Source: Phyllobates terribilis (taxonomy: Eukaryota). From it: a DNA stretch of 64,000 nucleotides. Shown here in pieces: positions 51,160 to 64,000 of the stretch. The translations under genes were made by a program, and so were the position numbers. The first letter of the stretch is position 1. Each line of letters opens with the position of its first letter. The notes under the pieces were generated by a model. It saw only the letters and a program-made list of their open reading frames with translations. It had not been told where the DNA came from and did not search any database. The DNA lies in the NCBI RefSeq assembly GCF_046119375.1, contig NW_027362771.1, forward strand, positions 226,424,001 to 226,488,000, written 5' to 3'.

Positions 51160-52195
51160 GCTTGCATTCCAAGAAAAAGCAGATGCTAACTTCTATCATC
51201 ATCATCATGCTCCTCACCTTGGCACTCTCAACTCCCCTGATGGAGAAGCCAGGGCCCACCGGAGTAGTCTGGTTCTCTGGTGGGCTCGTCCAATGCTGCC
51301 CTAAAGCAGGCCGAGCTAAGAAAAGTGTGGGGGGATGTTCCAAGGAGAAATAGGGGCAGTTGGGGACTGTTAATGGACACCCGGCCGCCCCCAGGCGGCT
51401 GGGGACCGTGTGTGGACACCCGGCCGTGGGGCGGCTGGGGACCGAGTATGGACACCCGGCCGCCCCCTGGCGGCTGGGGACCGAGCGTGGACACCCGGCC
51501 GCCGGGCGGCTGGGGACTGATTATGGATACCAAGCCGCCGACACAGCCATGACATGGTGGCCGGCGTCTTCCTCCACATGCCTAAAAGGCCCAATTTCAA
51601 GTGCAAGCAAGCTAGCAGTATGGTATTGCAGCGTGGTGGTGGGTGGGTGGCAGGTTGCACACTTACGCTTGCATTCCAAGAAAACAAAGCAGATGCTAAC
51701 TTCTATCATAATCATCATCATGCTCCTCACCTTGGCACTCTCAACTCCCCTGATGGAGAAGCCAGGGCCCACCGGAGGAGTCTGGTTCTCTGGTGGGCTC
51801 GTCCAATGCTGCCCTAAAGCAGGCCGGGCTAAGAAAAGTGTGGGGGGATGTTCCAAGGAGAAATAGGGGCAGCTGGGGACCGTTTATGGACACCCGGCCG
51901 CCCCCAGGCGGCTGGGGACCATGGGTGGACACCCGGCAGCCGGGCGGCTGGGGACCGAGTATGGACACCCAGCCACCCCCTGGCAACTGGGGACCGAGCG
52001 TGGACACCCGGACGCCGGGCGGCTGGGGACTGAGTATGGATACCTCGCTGCCGAAGCAGCCATGAGGTAGTGGCCAGCTTCGGCCTCCTCCAAACTAAAA
52101 GGCCCCATTTCAAGTGCAAGCAAGCTAGCAGTATGGTATTGCAGCCTGGGGGTGGGTGGGTGGCAGGCTGCATACTTGCGCTTGCATTGCAAGGA
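51160..52195. repeat. About 510-bp tandem duplication with internal about 33-bp GC-rich repeats, in the hAT 3' region
   Basis: gcttgcatt(c/g)caag at about 51160, 51667 and 52180; paired ORFs offset by 513 (51343/51856, 51280/51793). Confidence 0.85.
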
Positions 52196-53799
52196 ATGGG
52201 GGAGGTACAGTTGAACACTGCCCCGGGACAAGGACCTGCACGGGGATAGTTGCAAGTCTGCATCTTCTGATGCGGAAAGGATCACTTCTGATGGGCACAC
52301 TTTTAGGCAGTGACCTGAGTGTCAGAGAGATGCTTCAAGGGGTCTTCCCCATGCTGTTCCCATGTCTTTTCAGCACTGTATGCATGTGTCACACAGCACA
52401 TGGCCAGATAAGATTGTAAAATGTTAAAATGGCATTTCCCGGTGAATGCATTTGTCACGGTTGAAAGCAATACAAAAGTGCAAAAACTCATAAAAAATGC
52501 TACTTGTGAGCATAGCCCAAGGTGTGGAGGAGTATTTTTGTTTTTGGTTATTTATTTTACCTTATACACAAGTCTTAAACTTGGAAAGGATGTTCCTTAA
52601 CATATTTCACAGGAAAACCATTTCAGTTTCGTTTTTGAACGTTTTTATTGTGAGCCCGTTAAAGTGGCTTGATACCTCTGACCACGTTGTTGACAGCAGT
52701 GACCTGGGGGTCAGAAATGCTTCCTGGGGCGATGCCCATGCTGTCCCCATGTCTTTTGAGCACAGTCACTATAGTTTTGGGCACTTTTTAGGCTTTCTAC
52801 AGACTGCCGGGGGTGCCGCCGCAAAAATGCTCGGGTCTCCCATAGACTAACATTGGGCTCGTTGCTCGGGTCGAGCACCCGAGTATCACGGCGAGCTCGG
52901 CCCGAGCTTCGAGCGCCCGAGCATTTTAGTGCTCGCTCAACACTAATCTTTACTTTATTTTTTAGTTACTTTAGTGGACTTGAACCTGCAATTATGTGAT
53001 CTCTTATGCTCTTATAATATATACTGCAATATGACAGTACTGACAATGATGTAATTTAAAGTATGAAGTCGGCTCAGTAACTGAGCCTGCTTCATACCAG
53101 GCAGATGTTGGCTGTATTACATAGCCCACGTTTTGTATGTAACTGCGGCGAGTGGACCTAGCTCCGATTGCTGCAGTTTAACCATTTAAATGCCACTGTG
53201 CAAACTAAATTATATTGCAATATTACATACAATGTTGGCCTGTAGGAACTCAATGGATATCATGCATCCAAAAAATTAGAGGTTGATAAAATATTAACAG
53301 TATTTGTGTTTTTGCAATTAAGATAGAAGTCAAGTTAACACCTTTCCATATGTTGCCAACTCCATTTTGCTAGCGATTGCAGTGCAGTACATTGCATGTG
53401 GTCAGGGGCAGGCAGGGCTGAGGGGCAGGGGGCAAATGCCCCTCAGGCCGCTCCCCCAGCAGCTGTGCAGGGCTGCCTGTTACATCTTCGGTGCTGCTTG
53501 ATGGCTGTCCCTTTAACAAACAGGGCCGTGCACAGTGCACTATGCGGCTATGTCTGCTAGCAGTGATGCTGCCGGACTGACACACAAGCAAAATTAAAGG
53601 CACAGTGCCGGCCCGGCTGCATCACAACTAGCAAACATGGCCGCATAGTGCACTGCCATTTCTGTTAAAGTGACAGCCATCAAGCAGCGCACCCTGCTCA
53701 GCCACATGCCCAGGAGGAGCTGGAAATGAGACAAGCTGGGGGGAGGTGAGCGAGGCTTGTTGCCGGCTTCCCCATATTAAAAAATATTTCTAATGTGTC

Positions 53800-56700
53800 T
53801 GTTTGTGTGAATGTATGATGTGTTTATCTATGTATGTCAGTGTGTATGCCTGTGTATATATTTCTGCCTGTTTATATGTATTTTTGTGAATTTGCCTTCA
53901 AATATGTATATGTGCGTATGCCTGTGCACTTATGTGTTTGTGTATATGTATGTCTGCGTACTGTGTGTACATGTATGCCTGTCTTTGTACTGTATGTGTG
54001 CATGTCTGCGTATTGTATGTATGCATGTCTGTGTACTGTATGTGTACATGTCTGCATATTGCATGTATGCCTGTCTTTGTACTGTATGTGTGCATGTCTG
54101 CGTATTGTATGTATGCATGTCTGCGTACTGTATGTGTACATGTCTGCATAGTGTATGTATGCATGTCTTTGTACTGTATGTGTACATGTCTGCTTAATGT
54201 ATGTATGCAAGTCTGCACACTGTATGTGTACAAGTCTGCATATTGTATGTATGCATGTCTGCTTACTGTATGTGTGCATGTCTGTGTATGTGTGTAAATG
54301 TCTGTGTACTTTATGTGTGCATGTCTGCGTACTGTATATATGCATGTCTGTGTACTGTATGTGTACATGTCTGCATACTGTATGTGTACATGTCGGCATA
54401 TTGCATGTATACCTGTCTGCGTACTGTATGTGTACATGTCTGCATATTGTATGTATGCCTGTCCTTGTACTGTATGTGTGCATGTCTGCGTGTTGTATGT
54501 ATGCATGTCTACGTACTGTATGTGTACATGTCTGCATATTGCATGTATGCCTGTCTTTGTACTGTATGTGTGCATGTCTGCGTATTGTATGTATGCATGT
54601 CTGTGTACTGTATGTGTACATGTCTGCATATTGCATGTATGCCTGTCTTTGTACTGTATGTGTGCATGTCTGCGTATTGTATGTATGCATGTCTGTGTAC
54701 TGTATGTGTACATGTCTGCATATTGCATGTATGCCTGTCTTTGTACTGTATGTGTGCATGTCTGCGTATTGTATGTATTCATGTCTGCGTACTGTATGTG
54801 TACATGTCTGCATAGTGTATGTATGCATGTCTTTGTACTGTATGTGTACATGTCTGCATATTGTATGTATGCATGTCTGCATACTGTATGTGTACATGGC
54901 TACATACTGTATGTATGCATATCTGCGTACTGTATGTGTACATGGCTGCATATTGTATGCTTGTACATGTCTGCGTACTATATGAGTGCATGTCTGCATA
55001 TTGTATGTATGCATGTCTGCGTACTGTATTTGTGCATGTCTGCATATTGTATGTGTTCATGTCTGTGTATGTGTGTACATGTCTGCGTACTGTATGTGTA
55101 CATGTCTGCATATTGTATGTATGCATGTCTGCGTACTGTATGTGCACATGTCTGCATATTGTATGTATGCATGTCTGCGTACTGTATGTGTACATGTCTG
55201 CATATTGTATGTATGCATGTCTGCATACTGTATGTGTACATGTCTGCATATTGTATGTATGCCTGTCTGCTCACTGTATGTGTACATGTCTGCATAGTGT
55301 ATGTATGCATGTCTGCGTACTGTATGTGTACATGTCTGCATATTGTATGTATGCATGTCTGTGTATGTGTGCACATGTCTGCGTACTGTATGTGTACATG
55401 TCTGCATATTGTATGTATGCATGTCTGCGAACTGTATGTGTACATGTCTGCATATTGTATGTATGCATGTCTGCGTACTGTATGTGTACATGTCTGCATA
55501 TTGTATGTGTGTACATGTCTGCGTACTGTATGTGTACATGTCTGCATATTGTATGTATGCCTGTCTGCCTACTGTATGTGTACATGGCTGCATATTGTAT
55601 GTATGCCTATCTACATACTGTATGTATACATGTCTGCATATTGTATGTATGCCTGTCTGCGTACTGTATGTGTACATGTCTGCATATTGTATGTATGCAT
55701 GTCTGCGTACTGTATGTGTACATGTCTGCATATTGTATGTATGCCTGTCTGCGTACTGTATGTGTACATGTCTCCATATTGTATGTGTGTACATGTCTGC
55801 ATATTGTATGTATGCATGTCTTCTTACTGTATGTGTACATGTCTGCATATTGTATGTATGCATGTCTGCGTACTGTATGTGTACATGTCTCCATGTTGTA
55901 TGTATGCATGTCTGCATACTGTATGTGTACATGTCTGCATATTGTATGTATGCATTTCTGCGTTCTGTATTTGTACATGTCTGCATATTTTATCTATGCC
56001 TGTCTGCGTACTATATGTGTACATGTCTGCATATTGTATGTATGCCTGTCTGCGTACTGTATGTGTACATGTCTGCATATTGTATGTATGCCTGTCTGCG
56101 TACTGTATGTGTACATGTCTGCATATTGAATGTATGCCTGTCTGCATACTGTATGTGTACATGTCTGCATATTGTATGTGTGTACATGTCTGCGTACTGT
56201 ATGTGTACATGTCTGCATATTGTATGTGTGCATGTCTGCGTACTGTATGTTCACATGTCTGCATATTGTATATATGCCTGTTTGCGTACTGTATGTGTAC
56301 ATGTCTGCATATTGTATGTATACCTGTCTGCGTACTGTATGTGTACATGTCTCCATATTGTATGTGTGCATGTCTGCGTACTGTATGTGTACATGTCTGC
56401 ATATTGTATGTATGCATGTCTTCTTACTGTATGTGTACATGTCTCCATTGTATGTATGCATTTCTGCTTTCTGTATGTGTACATGTCTGCATATTTTATC
56501 TATGCCTGTCTGCGTACTATATGTGTACATGTCTGCATATTGTATGTATGCCTGTCTGTGTACTGTATGTGTACATGTCTGCATGTTGTATGTATGCTTG
56601 TCTGCGTACTGTATGTGTACTTGTCTACATATTGTATGTGTGCATGTCTGTGTATGTGTGTTCATGTCTGCTTACTGCATGTGTACATGTCTGCATATTG

Positions 56701-59700
56701 TATGTATGCATGTCTGCGTACTGTATGTGTACATGTCTGCATATTGTATGTATGCCTGTCTGCGTACTGTATGTGTACATGTCTGCATATTGTATGTATG
56801 CATGTCTGCGTAATGTATGTGTACATGTCTGCATATTGTATGTGTGCATGTCTGCGTACTGTATGTGTACATGTCTGCATATTGTATGTATGCATGTCTG
56901 CGTACTGTATGTGTACATGTCTGCATATTGTATGTCTACATGTCTGCGTACTGTATGTGTACATGTCTGCATATTGTATGTATGCTTGTCTGCGTACTAT
57001 ATGTGTACATGTCTGCATATTGTATGTATGCCTGTCTGCGTACTGTATGTGTACATGTCTGCATATTGTATGTGTGCATGTCTGCGTACTGTATGTGTAC
57101 ATGTCTGCATATTGTATGTATGCATGTCTGCGTACTGTATGTGTACATGTCTGCATATTGTATGTATGCCTGTCTTCGTACTGTATGTGTACATGTCTGC
57201 ATATTGTATGTATGCCTGTCTGCGTACTGTATGTGTTCATGTCTGCATATTGTATGTATGCATATCTGCGTACTGTATGTGTACATGTCTGCATAGTGTA
57301 TGTATGCATGTCTGCGTACTGTATGTGTACATGTCTGCATATTGTATGTATGCATGTCTGCGTACTGTATTTGTGCATGTCTGCATATTGTATGTGTGCA
57401 TGTCTGTGTATGTGTGCACATGTCTGCGTACTGTATGTGTACATGTCTGCATATTGTATGTATGCATGTCTGCGTACTGTATGTGTACATGTCTGCATAT
57501 TGTATGTGTGCATGTCTGCGTACTTTATGTGTACATGTCTGCATATTGTATGTATGCATGTCTGCGTACTGTATGTGTACATGTCTGCATATTGTATGTG
57601 TGCATGTCTGCGTACTGTATGTGCACATGTCTGCATATTGTATGTATGCTTGTCTGCGTACTGTATGTGTACATGTCTGCATATTGTATGTATGCCTTTC
57701 TGCGTACTGTATGTGTACATGTCTGCATATTGTATGTGTGCATGTCTGCGTACTGTATGTGTACATGTATGCATATTGTATGTATGCTTGTCTGCGTACT
57801 GTATGTGTACATGTCTGCATATTGTATGTGTGCATGTCTGCGTACTGTATGTGTACATGTCTGCATATTGTATGTATGCTTGTCTGCGTACTGTATGTGT
57901 ACATGTCTGCATATTGTATGTGTGCATGTCTGCGTACTGTATGTGTACATGTCTGCATATTGTATGTATGCCTGTCTGCGTACTGTATGTGTACATGTCT
58001 GCATATTGTATGTGTGCATGTCTGCGTACTGTATGTGTACATGTCTGCATATTGTATGTATGCTTGTCTGCGTACTGTATGTGTACATGTCTGCATATTG
58101 TATGTGTGCATGTCTGCGTACTGTATGTGTACATGTCTGCATATTGTATGTATGCATGTCTGCGTACTGTATGTGTACATGTGTGCATATTGTATGTATG
58201 CATGTCTGGGTACTGTATGTGTACATGTCTGCATATTGTATGTATGTATGTCTGCGTACTGTATGTGTACATGTCTCCATATTGTATGTATGCATGTCTG
58301 CGTACTGTATGTGTACATGTCTGCATATTGTATGTATGCCTGTCTTCGTACTGTATGTGTACATGTCTGCATATTGTATGTATGCCTGTCTGCGTACTGT
58401 ATGTGTACATGTCTCCATATTGTATGTATGCATGTCTGCGTACTGTATGTGTACATGTCTGCATATTGTATGTATGCATTTCTGCGTACTGTATGTGTAC
58501 ATGTCTGCATATTGTATGTATGCCTGTCTGCGTACTGTATGTGTACATGTCTGCATATTGTATGTATGCCTGTCTGCGTACTGTATGTGTACATGTCTGC
58601 ATATTGAATGTATGCCTGTCTGCATACTGTATGTGTACATGTCTGCATATTGTATGTGTGTACATGTCTGCATACTATGTATGTGTACATGTCTGCATAT
58701 TGTATGTATGCATGTCTGCGTACTGTATGTGTACATGTCTGCATAGTGTATGTATGCATGTCTGCGTACTGTATGTGTACATGTCTGCATATTGTATGTA
58801 TGCATGTCTGCGTACTGTATTTGTGCATGTCTGCATATTTTATGTGTGCATGTCTGTGTATGTGTGCACATGTCTGCTTACTGTATGTGTACATGTCTGC
58901 ATATTGTATGTATGCATGTCTGCGTTCTGTATGTGTACATGTCTGCTTATTGTATGTATGCATGTCTGCGTACTGTATGTGTACATGTCTACATATTGTA
59001 TGTGTGTACATGTCTGCGTACTGTATTTGTACATGTCTGCATATTGTATGTATGCCTGTCTGCGCATTGTGTGTGTACATGTCTGCATATTGAATGTATG
59101 CATGTCTGCATACTGTATGTGTACATGTCTGCATATTGTATGTATACATGTCTGCATATTGTATGTATGCCTGTCTGCGTACTGTATGTGTACATGTCTG
59201 AATATTGTATGTATGCATGTCTGCGTACTGTATGTGTACATGTCTGCATATTGTATGTATGCCTGTCTGCGTACTGTATGTGTACATGTCTGCATATTGT
59301 ATGTGTGCATGTGTGCGTATTGTATGTGTATATGTCTGCATATTGTATGTGTCCATGTCTGCATACTGTATGTGTACATGTCTGCATATTGTATGTATGC
59401 CTGTTTGCGTACTGTATGTGTACATGTCTGCATATTGTATGTATGCCTGTCTGCGTACTCTATGTGTACATGTCTCCATATTGTATGTATGCATGTCTGC
59501 GAACTGTATGTGTACATGTCTGCATATTGTATGTATGCATGTCTGCGTACTGTATGTGTACATGTCTGCATATTGTATGTGTGTACATGTCTGCGTACTG
59601 TATGTGTACATGTCTGCATATTGTATGTATGCCTGTCTGCCTACTGTATGTGTACATGGCTGCATATTGTATGTATGCCTATCTACATACTGTATGTATA

Positions 59701-62700
59701 CATGTCTGCATATTGTATGTATGCCTGTCTGCGTACTGTATGTGTACATGTCTGCATATTGTATGTATGCATGTCTGCGTACTGTATGTGTACATGTCTG
59801 CATATTGTATGTATGCCTGTCTGCGTACTGTATGTGTACATGTCTCCATATTGTATGTGTGTACATGTCTGCATATTGTATGTATGCATGTCTTCTTACT
59901 GTATGTGTACATGTCTGCATATTGTATGTATGCATGTCTGCGTACTGTATGTGTACATGTCTCCATGTTGTATGTATGCATGTCTGCATACTGTATGTGT
60001 ACATGTCTGCATATTGTATGTATGCATTTCTGCGTTCTGTATTTGTACATGTCTGCATATTTTATCTATGCCTGTCTGCGTACTATATGTGTACATGTCT
60101 GCATATTGTATGTATGCCTGTCTGCGTACTGTATGTGTACATGTCTGCATATTGTATGTATGCCTGTCTGCGTACTGTATGTGTACATGTCTGCATATTG
60201 AATGTATGCCTGTCTGCATACTGTATGTGTACATGTCTGCATATTGTATGTGTGTACATGTCTGCGTACTGTATGTGTACATGTCTGCATATTGTATGTG
60301 TGCATGTCTGCGTACTGTATGTTCACATGTCTGCATATTGTATATATGCCTGTTTGCGTACTGTATGTGTACATGTCTGCATATTGTATGTATACCTGTC
60401 TGCGTACTGTATGTGTACATGTCTCCATATTGTATGTGTGCATGTCTGCGTACTGTATGTGTACATGTCTGCATATTGTATGTATGCATGTCTTCTTACT
60501 GTACGTGTACATGTCTCCATTGTATGTATGCATTTCTGCTTTCTGTATGTGTACATGTCTGCATATTTTATCTATGCCTGTCTGCGTACTATATGTGTAC
60601 ATGTCTGCATATTGTATGTATGCCTGTCTGTGTACTGTATGTGTACATGTCTGCATGTTGTATGTATGCTTGTCTGCGTACTGTATGTGTACTTGTCTAC
60701 ATATTGTATGTGTGCATGTCTGTGTATGTGTGTTCATGTCTGCTTACTGCATGTGTACATGTCTGCATATTGTATGTATGCATGTCTGCGTACTGTATGT
60801 GTACATGTCTGCATATTGTATGTATGCCTGTCTGCGTACTGTATGTGTACATGTCTCCATATTGTATGTGTGTACATGTCTGCATATTGTATGTATGCAT
60901 GTCTTCTTACTGTATGTGTACATGTCTGCATATTGTATGTATGCATGTCTGCGTACTGTATGTGTACATGTCTCCATGTTGTATGTATGCATGTCTGCAT
61001 ACTGTATGTGTACATGTCTGCATATTGTATGTATGCATTTCTGCGTTCTGTATTTGTACATGTCTGCATATTTTATCTATGCCTGTCTGCGTACTATATG
61101 TGTACATGTCTGCATATTGTATGTATGCCTGTCTGCGTACTGTATGTGTACATGTCTGCATATTGTATGTATGCCTGTCTGCGTACTGTATGTGTACATG
61201 TCTGCATATTGAATGTATGCCTGTCTGCATACTGTATGTGTACATGTCTGCATATTGTATGTGTGTACATGTCTGCGTACTGTATGTGTACATGTCTGCA
61301 TATTGTATGTGTGCATGTCTGCGTACTGTATGTTCACATGTCTGCATATTGTATATATGCCTGTTTGCGTACTGTATGTGTACATGTCTGCATATTGTAT
61401 GTATACCTGTCTGCGTACTGTATGTGTACATGTCTCCATATTGTATGTGTGCATGTCTGCGTACTGTATGTGTACATGTCTGCATATTGTATGTATGCAT
61501 GTCTTCTTACTGTACGTGTACATGTCTCCATTGTATGTATGCATTTCTGCTTTCTGTATGTGTACATGTCTGCATATTTTATCTATGCCTGTCTGCGTAC
61601 TATATGTGTACATGTCTGCATATTGTATGTATGCCTGTCTGTGTACTGTATGTGTACATGTCTGCATGTTGTATGTATGCTTGTCTGCGTACTGTATGTG
61701 TACTTGTCTACATATTGTATGTGTGCATGTCTGTGTATGTGTGTTCATGTCTGCTTACTGCATGTGTACATGTCTGCATATTGTATGTATGCATGTCTGC
61801 GTACTGTATGTGTACATGTCTGCATATTGTATGTATGCCTGTCTGCGTACTGTATGTGTACATGTCTGCATATTGTATGTATGCATGTCTGCGTAATGTA
61901 TGTGTACATGTCTGCATATTGTATGTGTGCATGTCTGCGTACTGTATGTGTACATGTCTGCATATTGTATGTATGCATGTCTGCGTACTGTATGTGTACA
62001 TGTCTGCATATTGTATGTCTACATGTCTGCGTACTGTATGTGTACATGTCTGCATATTGTATGTATGCTTGTCTGCGTACTATATGTGTACATGTCTGCA
62101 TATTGTATGTATGCCTGTCTGCGTACTGTATGTGTACATGTCTGCATATTGTATGTGTGCATGTCTGCGTACTGTATGTGTACATGTCTGCATATTGTAT
62201 GTATGCATGTCTGCGTACTGTATGTGTACATGTCTGCATATTGTATGTATGCCTGTCTTCGTACTGTATGTGTACATGTCTGCATATTGTATGTATGCCT
62301 GTCTGCGTACTGTATGTGTTCATGTCTGCATATTGTATGTATGCATATCTGCGTACTGTATGTGTACATGTCTGCATAGTGTATGTATGCATGTCTGCGT
62401 ACTGTATGTGTACATGTCTGCATATTGTATGTATGCATGTCTGCGTACTGTATTTGTGCATGTCTGCATATTGTATGTGTGCATGTCTGTGTATGTGTGC
62501 ACATGTCTGCGTACTGTATGTGTACATGTCTGCATATTGTATGTATGCATGTCTGCGTACTGTATGTGTACATGTCTGCATATTGTATGTGTGCATGTCT
62601 GCGTACTTTATGTGTACATGTCTGCATATTGTATGTATGCATGTCTGCGTACTGTATGTGTACATGTCTGCATATTGTATGTGTGCATGTCTGCGTACTG

Positions 62701-64000
62701 TATGTGTACATGTCTGCATATTGTATGTTTGCTTGTCTGCGTACTGTATGTGTACATGTCTGCATATTGTATGTATGCCTGTCTGCGTACTGTATGTGTA
62801 CATGTCTGCATATTGTATGTGTGCATGTCTGCGTACTGTATGTGTACATGTATGCATATTGTATGTATGCTTGTCTGCGTACTGTATGTGTACATGTCTG
62901 CATATTGTATGTGTGCATGTCTGCGTACTGTATGTGTACATGTCTGCATATTGTATGTATGCTTGTCTGCGTACTGTATGTGTACATGTCTGCATATTGT
63001 ATGTGTGCATGTCTGCGTACTGTATGTGTACATGTCTGCATATTGTATGTATGCCTGTCTGCGTACTGTATGTGTACATGTCTGCATATTGTATGTGTGC
63101 ATGTCTGCGTACTGTATGTGTACATGTCTGCATATTGTATGTATGCTTGTCTGCGTACTGTATGTGTACATGTCTGCATATTGTATGTGTGCATGTCTGC
63201 GTACTGTATGTGTACATGTCTGCATATTGTATGTATGCATGTCTGCGTACTGTATGTGTACATGTGTGCATATTGTATGTATGCATGTCTGGGTACTGTA
63301 TGTGTACATGTCTGCATATTGTATGTATGTATGTCTGCGTACTGTATGTGTACATGTCTCCATATTGTATGTATGCATGTCTGCGTACTGTATGTGTACA
63401 TGTCTGCATATTGTATGTATGCCTGTCTTCGTACTGTATGTGTACATGTCTGCATATTGTATGTATGCCTGTCTGCGTACTGTATGTGTACATGTCTCCA
63501 TATTGTATGTATGCATGTCTGCGTACTGTATGTGTACATGTCTGCATATTGTATGTATGCATTTCTGCGTACTGTATGTGTACATGTCTGCATATTGTAT
63601 GTATGCCTGTCTGCGTACTGTATGTGTACATGTCTGCATATTGTATGTATGCCTGTCTGCGTACTGTATGTGTACATGTCTGCATATTGAATGTATGCCT
63701 GTCTGCATACTGTATGTGTACATGTCTGCATATTGTATGTGTGTACATGTCTGCATACTATGTATGTGTACATGTCTGCATATTGTATGTATGCATGTCT
63801 GCTTACTGTATGTGTACATGTCTGCATAGTGTATGTATGCATGTCTGCGTACTGTATGTGTACATGTCTGCATATTGTATGTATGCATGTCTGCGTACTG
63901 TATTTTTGCATGTCTGCATATTTTATGTGTGCATGTCTGTGTATGTGTGCACATGTCTGCTTACTGTATGTGTACATGTCTGCATATTGTATGTATGCAT
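53800..64000. repeat. 46-bp satellite (two 23-bp halves: tgtatgtgtacatgtctgcatat / tgtatgtatgcatgtctgcgtac), more than 10 kb, runs off window
   Basis: 46-bp periodicity (e.g. 57481 and 57527); degenerate at the left edge, homogeneous internally. Confidence 0.97.

Larger units (their letters stand above)
38328..52945 (+). mobile_element. Full-length 14.6-kb hAT transposon (BED-finger transposase) with internal arrays and nested insertions
   Basis: Perfect 16-bp TIR tagtgttgagcgagca/tgctcgctcaacacta, identical 8-bp TSD atctttac (38320-38327 and 52946-52953), ccgag/ctcgg subterminal motifs at both ends. The flanks rejoin into an AT-rich sequence resembling the TTAA element family. Confidence 0.96.

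Noticed and set aside
51183-51866. Signal-peptide-like ORFs MLTSIIIIMLLTLALS..CC..
   Set aside because: The hydrophobic stretch comes from an (ATC)n run in a duplicated transposon segment; there is no resemblance to known secreted peptide precursors.
54298-63829. Giant Cys/Val/Met-rich ORFs (1482 and 2842 aa) and antisense His/Thr-rich ORFs
   Set aside because: By-products of a stop-free 46-bp satellite: open in several frames on both strands, unit length not a multiple of 3, no domain or splice structure.
1-64000. Telomeric TTAGGG arrays, tRNA, rRNA or snoRNA genes
   Set aside because: None recognised by eye; intronic small RNAs cannot be excluded without an Infernal/Rfam scan.

Overview
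Repeat-dense vertebrate genomic DNA, most likely a frog (inferred from the DIRS, TTAA-MITE and hAT content and the protein divergence). The only host gene is POT1 (protection of telomeres 1) on the minus strand. Four coding exons were read by hand (30799-30685, 19981-19851, 18674-18384, 10652-10497); they have canonical GT-AG ends and the same lengths as the human exons (115/131/291/156 nt). A candidate ATG exon and a CpG/GC-box/E-box promoter lie at about 30880-31050. The 3' half of the gene lies left of the window. The rest is transposons and satellites. These include a DIRS retrotransposon 5' part with an apparently spliced gag (1-2051) abutting a truncated BED-finger hAT copy, a Tc1 interrupted by a TTAA element, and many hAT, Harbinger and TTAA MITEs with readable TSDs. 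A complete 14.6-kb hAT element (38328-52945, perfect 8-bp TSD) carries a 150-bp array, a decayed transposase and a 52-bp array with a 1144-bp (22-mer) higher-order period. That array is interrupted by a piggyBac, which itself holds a solo LTR. The last 10 kb is a 46-bp purine/pyrimidine-alternating satellite with nested 1011/4072/5083-bp duplications. Recurring theme: the larger tandem arrays sit inside, or grow out of the end of, DNA transposons.
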